DNA of 64,000 nucleotides from the human T2T-CHM13v2.0 reference genome, Homo sapiens, in assembly GCF_009914755.1 (NCBI RefSeq), contig NC_060929.1; one strand, 5' to 3'. Below, in pieces: positions 1 to 13,869 of this stretch; the first letter of the stretch is position 1; each line of letters starts with the position of its first letter. The translations under genes and the position numbers were made by a program. The notes below the pieces were generated by a model that searched no databases, was not told the DNA's origin, and saw only the letters and a list, made by a program, of their open reading frames with translations.

Positions 1-242
1 GGCACTATCTCGGCTCACTGCAACCTCTGCCTCCCGGGTTCAAGCGATTAATCTGCCTCAGCCTCCCAAGTACCTGGGATTACAGGCGCCCACCACCACG
101 CCCAGCTAATTTTTGTATTTTTAGTAGAGACAGGGTTTCACCATGTTGATCAGGCTGGTCTCGAACTCCTGACCTCAGGTGATCTGATCACCTTGGCCTC
201 CCAAAGTGCTGGGACTACAGATGTGAGCCATCATGCCCAGCC
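1..242 (-). mobile_element. Alu (AluS class), cut by window edge
   Basis: Reverse Alu sequence (ctcggctcactgcaacctct...cccaaagtgctggga...gagccatcatgcccagcc); cctgacctcaggtgatc is S-type. Confidence 0.95.
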
Positions 243-2133
243 CTCAGTAGGGTTTTGAGTTTTGGTACAACTGTAATCTAGGCCCACTACCCTGTAAGAA
301 GGATACACAAGTTACAAAACAACCAGCTTCGACAGCAAACTTGCATTTTTTCTAGCTAGACTCTTTTTATTAGGGGGAGGGGAGGGAGAATGAGCAAGAG
401 ACAGAGGAAACCTTACATTTTAAAAATCTCTCTTTCAAAATTTATAAAGGTAGTATATTCTCATAATAATGCAAATTCACTCATTAAAGGGTGGTATAAA
501 TGGAGGCTTAACATTTCCATTTTATACACTATACCTAGTCCTGGTAACCTCTTGTAACAATTCTTGATTTTAGTTCTTCTGGTGGTGCTTTTATCTCCTC
601 TTGATTTATCAATTTTAAGTAGTATCTATTAACTTCCTGTCCTTTACGAAATTTAAAATTAATAGAAACTTAGCTTTTTACCATTGTTCCCTCCTTTCCC
701 CACGTTTTGTTATTTTTATTTTTATTTTTTTACTTTTAAGGCCTTTGCTATCTTTATAACTTTAAATAATATGCCTAAACGTTTATTTCTTAATCCATCA
801 ACTTGGGACAGTATCTTAACCACCCCCAATTACTTCAGTTGGGGAAACTGGCCCTATTTCACTTCCCTCCATTGTTCCTCCTTCTTCTATTACCCAAATC
901 CTCTTAGCCATATAATTAATTTTGCATTCTTAAGGTTTATAACGCGAATTGCCTATAATCTTAATTGTCTTCCACAGATTCTCTAGAAATAAATTCCAGA
1001 AAATGAAAACAAAGAACATTTCAATATTATGATTCTATAGATATTATTTGCTTCAGAACCAAGTAGTGTAATTGTACCCTGAGAGAAGGAGATGCAAAGT
1101 CTCTTAATGGTGTTGCTTGAGGGAAAATGTTCCAAACCTCAAGGTCAAGTCTGTTTTTATTTTAGTATATTCCACAAGCTGCTCAAAATCAAAACATTTT
1201 CATTTGTTTTATAGTTGCACTACAGATTTCTTATGAAGGTTTTTGTTTTTTCCAGGCAGTTCTAATTGCCTTTTTTTCTTGTTGACAAAAACAGCATATT
1301 ATTTCACTTTAATTTCATTGAACTGTTTAATCAAATCATGGCAGAAAATCCATGTTCTTCTTGAAGACATGCTTCCTATTGCTTTCAAACTTCATGTTGT
1401 AATTCACACATACTGTTTTCTAAACCTGCCACTACCCTAGGATTTTTAAAAATTGTATTCTGTGAGATTAGGATGAATATTTGCTTGAATAACATTCTTT
1501 CTCTCTTTTGGGTTCCCTGTTTTCTTTGTTAGAGAACATTCTCCAAAAAAAAAATCACAATCTTTGATTCCAAAGGATTTCCAAAAATCTTTATTCTGCT
1601 TTTATATTGATGAATGGCTCAATGGTACGTAAGTTCTAGGTTCAAAAAATTTCCCTCAGAAATTTGAAGTAATTCTTTTAATGTCATATTGCTATACAAT
1701 ATGGAAGTAAAATGCCACTCTGATTCTTACTTCTTTGTAAGTAACTTTTTCTCCCTCTGAATACTATTAGCATCACATCTTTATCTTTTGTGTTCAAAAT
1801 TTCATAAGGAGTTGCCTTTTAATCTGAAGGCTCTTGCCTTTCCTCCACTCTGGGAAATGTTCTATTATCTCTTTAATTGCTTGTTCCTCCCCCTTTGTCT
1901 GCTCTTTCTGACGCTCTCATTAATCAGATGTTGGACTTCTAGGATTGGATGTCTATGCCCATTAAATCTTCTCTTGTATATTCTACCTTTTTATCTTTTC
2001 GTTCAATGGTCTAGGAGATTTACTTGACTTTATTTTAAACCTAGTAAATGAATTTTTAATATAATCCATCATATTTTTAATTTCCACTCTTTTATTACTT
2101 ACTCCCATTTATGTAGTAACCTCTTCTAATTTT

Positions 2134-2444
2134 TATTTTTATTTCTATTTTTATTTTTTTGAGACGGAGTCTCACCCTGTCGCCCAGGCGCAATCTCCGC
2201 TCACTGCAAGCTCCGCCTCCTGGCTTCACGCCATTCTCCTGCCTCACCCTCCCGAGTAGCTGGGACTACAGGCGCCTGCCAACACGCCCGGCTAATTTTT
2301 TTTTTTTTTTTTTTTTTTGTATTTTCAGTAGAGACGAGGTTTCACCGTGTTAGCCAGGATGGTCTTGATCTCCTGACCTCGTGATCCGCCCGCCTCGGCC
2401 TCCCAAAGTGCTGAGATTACAGGCGTGAGCCACCGTGCCCGGCC
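2134..2444 (-). mobile_element. AluY with small internal deletion and expanded middle A-tract
   Basis: AluY diagnostics (gcaagctccgcc, cacgccattc, accgtgttagccaggatgg); TSD taacctcttctaatttt at 2117-2133 and 2445-2461. Confidence 0.93.
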
Positions 2445-2471
2445 TAACCTCTTCTAATTTTATGGATACAA

Positions 2472-2766
2472 TTTTTTTTTTTTTGAGACAGGGTCTCGTT
2501 CTGTCTTTGAGACTGGAGTGCAGCGGCATGGCCATGGGTCACTGCAGCCTCCAACTCCTGCATTCAAGCAATCCCTCTGCCTCAGCTTCCTGGATAGGTA
2601 GGACTGCAGGTATGTGCCACCATGCCCAGCTAATTTTTAAATTTTTTTGTAGAGAGGGGTCTCCCTATGTTGCCCAGGCTGGTCTCAAACTTCTGCACTC
2701 AAGTGATTCTCCCACTTCAGCCTCCTGAATTGCTGGGATTACAGGCGTGACCCACCATGCCTGGCC
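2472..2766 (-). mobile_element. AluJ-class element
   Basis: Diverged reverse Alu with J-type features (cactgcagcctccaactcctg, atttttaaattttttgtagagag, ctatgttgcccaggctgg). Confidence 0.88.
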
Positions 2767-2799
2767 CCAGTTTCTTTTTTTTTTTTTTTTTAAGTTTAA

Positions 2800-4300
2800 T
2801 AAATAGAGCGCACTCATGCATTTACAACTCAGAATTTTAAAAAAAGTTTACATTTTGTCATTTGTACTTCAGATGAATTTTCTTATTAAAAGAAATAAGG
2901 CCACAGAGGTAAACTTAAGTCTCCTGTTTCCCAATGCCTACCCTCCTTCTTCTCCTTTCCTCTTTCTCTTTCCTAGAGAAATCCTGCCTTCCTTTCCCTT
3001 CCCAGAGGCAACTGGCATTATAATTTTTGTGTTTTTCAGTACATTTTAATATTTTTACTACACATAGGCATCTATAAACAGCATATAGTATCATTTTATG
3101 CATATTAAAATTGTACCATAACATCCATACTCTAAAGTCACTTTGTTCGCCCAACGCTGTTTCTGAAATCTATCCATGTTGATACATATGGATCTAATTT
3201 ATTCATTTTCAACTGTTATGTGGGTTCCACCATATTCATTCATTCAACAAATATTTATGTGCATCAGCAATGTTCCAAGAAATGTTCCGGTGGCTGGGAG
3301 CACAGCAATGAAGGAAACAAAATATGAACATACTCTAATTTATTTTCATCTCTCCATTAAGAGACATTAGGTCTCATCATGACAAAAAAAATGCTTCAGT
3401 GAACATCCTTGTACAGGGCTTCTGTTGCAAGTGCTTCTTTGGGAAATATTTGTTGTGGTAAAACTGCTTGGTTATGGACCACATTTCAAATTTTAGCAGG
3501 TATTGCCAACTTGCTTTCCAAAGTGGTGTACCACACTACATGCCCAGTTTCGTTCATCCGGCCCAATATTTGGACAGTCATGTTTCTTTATTTTTGCCAT
3601 TATGAAGGGCGAGAAAGGGTAGTTTTTGTTTCAGCCAGCATTTCTCCTAATTGTTAGTAAGGTCAGCATCTCTTATGTTTATTGGTTCTTTAAATCCGCT
3701 CCTCTGTGTATTGCCTGAGGGTATCCTTTGCAACCCATTTCTGTAGTAAGTTGTCCGTCTTTTTTATACTGATTTGTAAGGATTCTCTGACTATATAGTC
3801 TGAAACGTTTTTTTCTGCTTTATGTGTTGAAAAAATATTTTTCCAGTTCAGAGTTTGTCTTTTAGCTTTACTCATAGAGGCTTTTGCATAAAATAGTTTT
3901 ACTTCTTAGTGTAATCTTTCCTTTATGAATTGTCCTTTTTTGTGTACCGACTGAGAAATAATCTCTTCCCCACAGTCATAAAGATATTTGCCTGCATTTC
4001 TTTCTAATAATTTTAAAGTTTTATTTTTCACTCAGGCCCTTAATACATTTAAAATTATCCATTTGTATGGGATGAGACATTAATCTACCTTTCTTTTTCA
4101 TGAAGAGAACTAAATCACTTATTAAATAATCCTTTCTTTTCCCACTTATTTTTAATGCCTTGTCTACTCTATGCCAAATTCCCACATACATTTTGGAGAT
4201 TGTTTTCGGAGTTTCTACACTGTTAAAATGAATAGGTCTCAGATTTTTGTCAGAACCTGTTTTTAAACAGTTTTCTTCTAGTCCTCAAATTGTCCATCTG
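2800..4300 (-). mobile_element. Ancient, highly degraded L1 (L1M/L1ME-type) fragments, with a small L2-like piece near 3235-3320
   Basis: T-rich sequence with degenerate antisense L1 3'/ORF2 motifs (gtgaacatccttgtaca, tgccaacttgctttccaaagtgg, ctgatttgtaaggattctct); boundaries approximate. Confidence 0.55.
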
Positions 4301-4359
4301 TACCGCAACCTAACGATTTCTTTTGTCTTCAGTTACCCTGAAGATATTTTTAAACCAAG

Positions 4360-4910
<551 letters not shown>

Positions 4911-5024
4911 TTACTTTCATCAGTAGTTGAACGAAACTGCCCATTTCACCAAATCTTTGTCATGACTAGGTTTTATCATTTAAAACATCTCTTTGAATTG
5001 GCAGGTTAAGAACGGTGTTTCTTT

Positions 5025-5156
5025 CTTTTTAAAATATGGGGTCTCACTATGTTGCCCAGGTTGGCCTGGACCTGCTGGCTTCAGGTGATCCTCCCACCTC
5101 AGCCTCCTGAGTAGCTGGGACTATGGGCACATGCCATGGTGCCACTGTGCCCGGCT
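5025..5156 (-). mobile_element. FLAM (Alu monomer)
   Basis: About 130-bp reverse monomer (gggtctcactatgttgcccagg...ccactgtgcccggct); imperfect TSD taagaa(c/t)ggt(g/a)tt. Confidence 0.8.
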
Positions 5157-5159
5157 AAG

Positions 5160-6450
5160 AATGGTATTCTTTTATTAGAGTTTTTTTTGACATAAACATT
5201 TTAGTAAATATACATTAAGTAATAAATATTCCTTTAAAACTTTATCACGTTTCTTGGCCATAGTATTTAGTCTTTTTTATTTGTCTATTCATGTCTTTTC
5301 CTTACTTTCCTATTGAGTTATATTTTTTGCCTTTTTATTAGTGGTGCTTAAGAATTCCATGTATATATTAAAGATAGTAACCTTTTGTCACATATGTTTA
5401 ACTTTAAAAACATTCAGTTATTTGTCTTCTAATTTTGTTTACAGGCTATTTGACACATTAGCTTTAGAAGTTAAACCTATCAATCATTTTTTCTGCAGTC
5501 TCTTCCATCATTCCTGTACTTCCAAGTGCAGATAAATACTCATCCTAGATTTTTCTATAGCTTTATGATTTCATAAAACCTTCAATCCATTTGTAATTTA
5601 TTTTGGTGTATTGCATGATGTTAAAAAGTAACTTTCATTTTCTCCCAATGGTTTCTCAATTGGATCAATCTTATTTTTGATAACTTCTTTATTTATATGT
5701 CATCTTTATCTGTAGTAAATTCTTATACATACTTGAATCTGTTCCTAGATTCTGCTTCATTAATCTATTTTTGTAAAACATCACATTTAAAAATTATTAT
5801 AGACTTATAATTCATTTTTAATAACTGGTAGAGGAAGATTCCCAACATTACTGTGCTCAGATTTTACTCATCATTTCTGTTGTTTATCCTTCCTGATATT
5901 TTTAAAATCATCATCTAAAATTGTTACCTTGTTAAAAATGTATTTAAGCTGAACAATAATATAGAAAGAATTGTGTCTTGCAAATATTTAGTTTTCTCAT
6001 CTAGGAACATAGTATTTATTCAAATTTTCTTTTATTTTGCTCAGTATTTTAGTTTTCCAAATATAGATTTATTACTGAATATTTTATACTCTTGTAAATG
6101 GGACATTTCCCATTACATGTTATAACTACTTATTGCCCATACACGGGAAAGCTATTGATTTTAGTTTTATTTTGTATACAGATTTTTATTATCAAATTTT
6201 TATTTATTACTTTGTGTTGATTCTTTTAAGTTTCTAGGTAAACAGAAATATAACATACAAATCATGGCTATCTTTCTCCTCCTTTTCTCTGCTTTCTGTT
6301 TCTTAGATGGGCAGTAGCTTCCAGAATAATACTGAATGATCATGATGACAGGGAATATCTTTGTCTTGTTTTACATTTTAATAAGGTTACTTGATTTTAA
6401 TAAGGTGCTTCCAGTTTACCATTAACCGTCCTCTATATTGTTTCTCTGGC
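5160..6450 (-). mobile_element. Ancient degraded L1 ORF2-region fragments
   Basis: Antisense L1 motifs (caatccatttgtaatttattttggtgta, gaaagctattgatttt, gggaatatctttgtcttgtt); approximate. Confidence 0.5.
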
Positions 6451-6949
6451 CAAGACAAGTGATTATATTAAGATGTATATTAGTTTAATAAATGGTCTAG
6501 CTTGCTTACTTTTTCTTGAATTAAAGCTTTTTCTTTACAGAGTTCAATTTTCTTAAACTTCTAAAAGCCCACTGCTTTTGTATTCTGTATTTTTTCTTTT
6601 TCATGATCTAATTCTTCATATTCCATTCTAGGTCCCTAGTTACTTCTGATCTAATCTGCTCATCACTGCCTTTAAATTAATTAATCTTTGAATCCAAAAA
6701 GGGTGTCAGGACTGGGAAGTATATAGAAGACAGATCAAGGGTACTGAATATTCTTCTAGTTAATAATCAAATGTGACTTTTTTTTTAAAAATGCCACTTG
6801 TTTACTTGAATAGAAATTGATTGATTCCTGGCACACAGAGGAGACAAGTTGACAACGGCCATTTGACTGATTTTTAAGTGTAATGTGCAATTAAAACAAA
6901 CCTAACTCCACAATGATGGGGCTATTTTAAAGCAACATAGGATCCAAGT

Positions 6950-7835
6950 GAATGAGCTACCACTAATGACCAACAGTGGAACAATCTAAGTAACGAAATA
7001 AGTGAAGTATTATATTATTGCCAAAGTATAAAATGAATACCCATTAGTCCACACTGCTTTAAATAAATGATTGAATAAATAAAGGGGAAGGGGGAGAAAA
7101 GACAAATCTCTTGTGCAGATGAAATCCAAATAATTTATGTGGACACTGACCAACACTGACCATAAGGAAGTGGAGCGTAACTCCCTATTCCTTGAGTATA
7201 GGCCATCTCTTCCAAAGGCTATAGTATGGAAAGGGGGAAGGAATAATTTTACTATGAAGAAACCTGACAAACGCTACCTCAGCCAGGTGATCAAGGTCAA
7301 CATCAACAGTGATAGGGCATGTTGGTAGTATGTTTCCTTGATATGATGTGATGAAAAATAGCCCTTTACTTCTATGGGCTTCCTCCCTTAAATCCATAAT
7401 CCCAGTCTATTTATGTGAAAAACAGCAAACAAATCCCAAACAGTCCCAAAAAAGGGACTTTTTACAAAATAGCTGACCAGCATTTCTCAAAACTATCTAG
7501 GTCATCAAAAACAAAGAAAGTCTGAGAAACTATCCCAGCCAAGAGGAGTCCAAGGAGGCAATGAAAACTAAATGTATCATAGGCTCCTGGATGGGATCCT
7601 GAAACACAAAAAGAATGTTAGGTAAAATCTAAGTAAATATGAATGATGTATGGACTTTAGCTAATATCATAATAATGCATCAATCTTGGTCCTTTGTTCT
7701 GACAAATATACCACACTAATGTAAGACATTAATAATAGGGGAAAGAAGGTGCAAGGAATAGGGAAAATCCCTGTAATATCTTAGCAATTTTTTCCTGTCA
7801 CTACAAAACTGTTCTAAAAAAGAGTTTATTTAGAA
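6950..7835 (+). mobile_element. L1MC3/L1MD-type 3' UTR
   Basis: gaaacctgacaaac..cctcagccaggtgatcaaggtcaacatcaacagtga; gtcatcaaaaacaaagaaagtctgagaaact; tcctggatgggatcctg. Confidence 0.8.
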
Positions 7836-10307
7836 AATAATCACACCTTAAATGATCACGGCCAATAATTTTTGAATGTTCTTAAAGCCGTAATTACTAT
7901 ACCTCCATGGAAAACAACTCAGTAACTAATAGACAGTAAGCATTGCTTGGTATTCCGACCAGCAGCACTTCCTCTACTAATTACCAATGTACCTTTGTCT
8001 CCTAGGTTATTAGTTAGTTATAGTTCCACCGAAGGCACTCAGTTATGCTCTAAGAGCTCCTCTGAGAAAACCGCAAGAAGAAATGGGCATAAATTGCAGC
8101 AGGAGGGGTTTGAGTTAGAGTTTTAGAATGCTATGAAGTCAAGCTGTGTGATATTCCCTGCTAATTATCTTTCCAACGGTCCATACAACGGTTTGATCCA
8201 GCCTGGTTTCAACCCATCTTGGAGTAAATCCAGCAAGAACGTGACTTTCTACTGTTTCCAGGAGGTCCTAAGAGTTTTTATATCTTACATAGAAAATTTC
8301 CATAAACTAAAAGTTGGCATAAGTGGTGCCATTCACCTAGAAATTGTTCATCAAATTGTTTACGGTTTCTGCTATTCTCTCAGTTGACACATGATTTACT
8401 AATTTCGTTCCAGAGATTTGAGTTCAGGCTGTATAAATCATGAATAAAGATTAGTTTAATAGTCATAATGCCCCTTGGGACAATGTTTCAAGTGAAGAAA
8501 ACTCAAAATTGTCGCAATTTGAAAATAATGACAGTTGTATCAATATTTGCAAATTGAAATGATATTCAATACCCTTACAGAAGCAGAGTATAAATCTTAT
8601 TCCTGTTTAATGCAAACCCTAAAACTTTTCTTTTTAATTTTTTAACACTTATTAATATTTTCCCATGTGAACATTTTTTGTAAAATGAATCTAAGATCTT
8701 CCTGATCTGCCTGCCTCCAGCTGTAAAGTAACATTAGACAATGACCTCCTGCTACTGTTTTGATGACTTAAATACTTTAGAAAAACAGTATATAGCCAGA
8801 CACCAGACTCTCAAGACATTCACAGCAATGATATTTTGCCATTTTTATGCATTAAAAAAGAGAGAACTGTCTAGCAGTGTGGCAAATACCATACTTTTAA
8901 TATTAAAAATTATATATCATCTTGTTTCCACTGGCTTATTTCACCTGACTCCTTAACCCTTATGAAACTCTGATTGTTCATATACACAAATATGTAATTG
9001 TGATTTAGAAAAATGATCAGACAATAAATATTCTGATTAGAAGCTAAGTACTCACTAGAATGAATTAAAAGTAGTTAGAATTAAGGAGAAATTGCTCATT
9101 ATTCAGGTAACTCCATGCTTCTATTATTTATATTATACAAATGCAGCTGATGGTGTACTTAGTACAGATAATAAGATGAGGTGTTAGAGGCAATTCCAGC
9201 TATGACTTCATGTATTCAATGGCATCTTTTATTGTAAACATTTATTTCATATGTCTGAATCCCAGAAGTACTGAAGAAAAGGGAGAAATATAGCAAGCAC
9301 AAACACAGGTCCTTCCTACAATTCCCTCCCCTCTTCACAAAAGATATTTTGTTGAAAAGGTTTCAACACATTCTCTTTGTCAAAAATGAGGAACATTGAT
9401 CTACATGAAGGATTTGCATAGAGGTTATCAAAATAAAATTTCAGAGAATCGTGAGAGGGCAGAATTTGGGGTGTTCAATCCCCAATCAGAGATGTCCAAA
9501 CTCAGACATCTGTCTTTCAGAAGCAACCACCATAAGGCTGATGAAAAGGGCAGGAATAAATGCCAACAGTTATGCTTATGTTTATAAAAAATATTAATGA
9601 TAAGCAATACAATTTGTTCCTTTTTTGTCCTATGCTGTCCCCTATTCATTTGTGTAACTACAGTACTGAATTTATTTCATTAGTCAGAATTTGGAAAAGA
9701 ACAAAATGATTAAAATTCAAATTATAATTCCATCGCAATGTAGTCTGCCCTGGTATTCTTTGGATCTAATAAGAAATTATGCCTCATCAAACATATGTAA
9801 TTTGGCTTGAAGTAGTAATAGTATGAAGTCAAATTTATAGTCATAATAAACTTGTCTACGCTGGATATTTTCATTTCTGAATGCAATATGCATGGGGCAA
9901 CCGGCCCCCAGGCAGTCACTGAGTCATTTGAGCTCACTCTAGGTGGAGCTTGTTTACATCCTATAATCACACCATTAACAGTCACTACTAAATATAAACA
10001 CAAAGAAGAATATTACTGGTTGTTTCACAACCCCAGTGATACCACTACACAATTATATGGACAAGCTTGAGAGTGATAATGCTGAAGCAACCATGGTTAC
10101 CCATTCACAGTGTAAACAAACAGGCACCTGCAAAACTTAACATAAATATGCAGTGTATTTCTTTGTCCTACAGAGTTAGGGAGGAAGCATCATGTGAAGA
10201 AACAAATATATGGGTCTATGACATTAACATGATAGTTTTACAATGTGAGAACCTAGGAAAGAAATTTTTTGGTAAACATTCATGGAACTCAGGAGGCACA
10301 CACACAC

Positions 10308-10356
10308 CCTATATATCTATATCTATATATCTCTCTCTCTATATATATATATCTCT
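10308..10356. repeat. Compound (TA)/(TC) microsatellite
   Basis: ctatatatctatatctatatatctctctctctatatatatatatctct. Confidence 0.85.
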
Positions 10357-10379
10357 GCAGATTGATTTTGAAATTCAAT

Positions 10380-10500
10380 TAACTGGCTGTGTCCCTGTGG
10401 GCTAGTCATTTCATTTCTGTGGCCCTAAATTTCTTCATTTGGAAAATGAGGGGATTAATGTGCTATGGTCATTCCCTTCCAGTCTAATGTTCTATTAACA
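10380..10500. mobile_element. MIR relic
   Basis: MIR core-like ctgtgtccctgtgggctagtcattt...tttcttcatttggaaaatgagggg. Confidence 0.6.
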
Positions 10501-10557
10501 ATAATCATATATGTGTGTGTGTGTATGTGTGTGTGTTTACATATATTTATTTATATA

Positions 10558-10912
10558 TGGGTTGAGCATCCCAATCTGAAAATACAAAATACAAAATGTT
10601 CCAAAATAGGAAACTTTTTCATTGCTGACATGATGCCACAAGTGGAAAATTTCATACCTGACACTCTGCATTCTGATAGTTCAATATACACAACTTTGTT
10701 TCATGTGCAAAATTATTTAAAATATTATATGAAGTTAATGTCAGGCTATGTGTATAAAGTGTATATGAAACATGAATGAATTTCATGTTTAGACTTAGGT
10801 CTCATCCCCAAGATATCTCATTATGTATATGCAAATATCCCAGAAACTGAAAAAAATCTGAAATCCAAAACACTTCTGGTCCCAGCATTTTGAATATGGA
10901 ATACTCAACCTG
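10558..10912 (+). mobile_element. Tigger4b/MER46-type TcMar-Tigger non-autonomous DNA transposon
   Basis: Terminal inverted repeats ggttgagcatccc / ggaatactcaacctg; internal gctgacatgatgccacaagtggaaaattt and cccaagatatctcattatgtatatgcaaata; about 355 bp. Confidence 0.88.
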
Positions 10913-10924
10913 TGTGTGTGTGTG

Positions 10925-10959
<35 letters not shown>
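10911..10959. repeat. (TG)n microsatellite
   Basis: About 24 TG units with one CG interruption; a shorter (TG)n lies at 10512-10536. Confidence 0.95.
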
Positions 10960-10962
<3 letters not shown>

Positions 10963-11079
10963 ACTATATGTTTTCAATAGTAGCAACAATAATAAAACAA
11001 ATATGCACTTGTGATGCTGTAACCTGTTATTGACTCCATTTTATAATGATTTTTTCATGAGAAAGTGTTTTCTTTCTGC

Positions 11080-11260
11080 CTGTGTAACTGTGGGCAACTT
11101 GACGTTCTCTAAGCTTTATTTTCCTTATATACAAAATTAAGATGATAACAACACCTATCACTGCTTATAGCATGTTGTAAGCCTTACCAGATAATGTATG
11201 TAATGTTTAGCCTAGTATGCAGCACTGAGTAGCCACTCAATAGAGTTTTTCTATTATTTT
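11080..11260. mobile_element. MIR relic
   Basis: ctgtgtaactgtgggcaactt...ttttccttatatacaaaat...ataatgtatgtaa...cagcactgagtagccactcaata. Confidence 0.6.
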
Positions 11261-13224
11261 CTAACCCTCTTTATTTAGCTTATGAAACAAGTGAGCAAAG
11301 AATGACCAGTCTTATAGTTTGTCTCCTTGGAAGATAAGCCATTTTTATGAATTGTTACAAAAATATTTTTGATGAATTATAAGAACAGACCCTAAAATAA
11401 TACAATTCTTCTTTAAAAGATAAACTAGAGTAATTATACATCATGTTTGTTATTTTTGTAGGAAAAATTCAGACAATATTAATGGTAATACCCATTTAAA
11501 CCAAAATAGAAGATTTGACCAATCTTAAACAGTCAACATTTTCAAGGAGAAAAAAATCATTAAAACGTTAGTGTTATTAAAAAATGCTACATTTAAGAAG
11601 AAAATTTAAAAAACAAAAAACCAAGCACTCACATCTTCTGCATGACGTAAGAGATATTTGCTACAGAGATTTATTTATACTTTGAGCTAAGACAAGATTA
11701 ATTGGATCTAAGATACTAAGCATTTTTTAGAAATAGAAGCTGACAAAAATTTAAATTTAGCTTTATAATTGGTAAATTAAGAAAAAATCTGGTGGGTTTT
11801 TAAGCAGCTGAAAAAGAGCAAGTAGAGGATTTTGACTCTTCTTTAATTGGTATACACTCTTCTGTCAGGAAAACAAACAAAAAGATTAGGATGTCACAAT
11901 ATCAAGAGTACTGACGTTAAACTCTTAAAGTCTATTCACATAATTCACTGAAATCTCTGTCATTCTTTCTTAGTCTCCATGTAACAGAGAACCCACCTAA
12001 GGGGAAGCATCAGGGGCTGAGAGAGTCATAAACGCTCCTACCATGGGCCGTATTTGTCTCATACATTCACTAGTTCTGGTTAAGGGGACTGAGTGAGCTA
12101 GCTGCTTGCTTGGATCATGTGGTCAGAGGTGACAGCCTATCTTCAGTTGATACTTTGTAGGGTATTTGACAAAGTCAGAAAGATCTTGAGCTAAGGTTAG
12201 CTTTACTTCACCCTAACACTGCCAGACCATAACCTCTGCATTCTTTTTCTCTTCCCCCTCCTGGCTATGCCTCATCTATCCTTGGCCTGAAGGTGGAACT
12301 AAATCCACAGATCAAAAAACACAGCACACACAAAGGTGAGGATAACAAAATTTGCCTCAATAGGATGTTCAAATGAGTAGTCTGATGTCACAAGGCTGGT
12401 TCATCCTGAGTTTCCCTGGTTGCTCTACTTGCTGGATATACATAAACACATTACATTTCTTAATTAGCTTATTTATTGGTATGATTCTTTCACCTCCTGA
12501 CAGACTTCAATTTCTCCAGATTCAGTACTTGGGAAGATATAATACTAGCAACTCCATAAAGGCCCTAAGAGCAAGTGCAAATTTACAAAATGGTCTTTAA
12601 ATGGAAGGCCTAAGCCTCGGCAATTTCCCTTTCTTATGGTACATGCCTTTGGTAAATTAAAAATGATATTCTGAAATTTTAAGATATGAGTCCAGTGAGT
12701 TTTTTTCTTGTTGTCCTACTATGGTTGTTTTTCAAGAGAAAAGAGGTCAGGGAAATTTCACAGCCTAGGCTGGGGTCCACATTGCAGATACATCTTAATC
12801 TCTCAACCCAGAGGTCTGGTAAGTCTTCTGAGCATATGGGAGGTCAACGCCAAGTTCTGAAAAGAAGTAGGATGTTTCAGTGTGAGACCAGCTGAACCAG
12901 CTGAAGCAGACAACAACATGGTGAGCCAGTTTTGGGAACAGGCATCTGGGCAAGTGAGCAAGACTAGACCCTGGTGAGAGAAGAATCACATTCCTCCCTC
13001 CTAATAGCCAGCCCTGTAGGTAGGGAGGAGGGAATAACTTTGAGAAAGATAGGGCTTATTAGAAGCTAATGAAATGGGAGCCTTCTTGACTTCTGAAAGG
13101 AGAGAAGAAACATGTTCTTAGTAAAAAAAAAAAAAAAAAAAGAGGGAATTTACATCCTAGAACACTTGTGTTCTAGAATGTGTTTCTAATGATGACTCCT
13201 CTCTTAAGGCTTCCATTTCTTGAG

Positions 13225-13450
13225 CAATAAATATGGACCAGGAACATTGCCAAAGGCTTTACATAAATGAGATCATCGTCTTCATAACAATCATATGAGA
13301 CATGGATAATAATGACCCCTACTCCCCAGATTACAGATGAAGAAACCAATGCTCTATTAAAGTAAAGAATGGGCCCATGGAAAGAAGCCAAGGTTCTCAC
13401 ACTGGTCTGACCACTTCTTTAAGCTAGAGCTCTTCATCACTGAACTGTAT
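13225..13450. mobile_element. MIR relic
   Basis: tcttcataacaatcatatgaga...ccccagattacagatgaagaaacc. Confidence 0.6.
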
Positions 13451-13869
13451 TGTTCCTCTTTCATGAACGGTGGCACTGACTTCCACAGAAAGTTGACATT
13501 CAAAAGAGTAAACCACAAAAACTGCCAAGATGTTGAATGGTCAAGGACTCAATCACATTCATTGCCTACTCATTAGAAACATAAATAAATGCTGCTTTAG
13601 AGACAGTTTTTAGCTATTAGTATTTGGGGGAAAATTTTTTAGGCTTAAAACTTTAGTTGCTCTATTAATAGCATATTAATATTAATGCTGATTGAACCTT
13701 AAAATGAGTTTGGAAACATATGGGAGAAGGTTTACCTAAGTACAAGGTGAAGTGCCTAAAGCAGCACACAAAATAGTGAGTCAGTGAGAGATAGAAACCA
13801 CTGAGAGAGAGAAAGAGAGGATTTTCTCTCTACCAATTTGTAAGTCAAGGTCATGGATTTTAAGTGGTA

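Noticed and set aside
373-386. G-rich tract as a G-quadruplex
   Set aside because: Only three G-tracts
8080-8120. CR1/L3-like snippet aaatgggcataaattgcagcaggaggggtttgagttag
   Set aside because: Too short and diverged to call without an HMM search
13157-13176. ctagaacac-tt-gtgttctag palindrome as a glucocorticoid/androgen response element
   Set aside because: AGAACA and TGTTCT are spaced by 4 nt, not the required 3; a short hairpin could be chance
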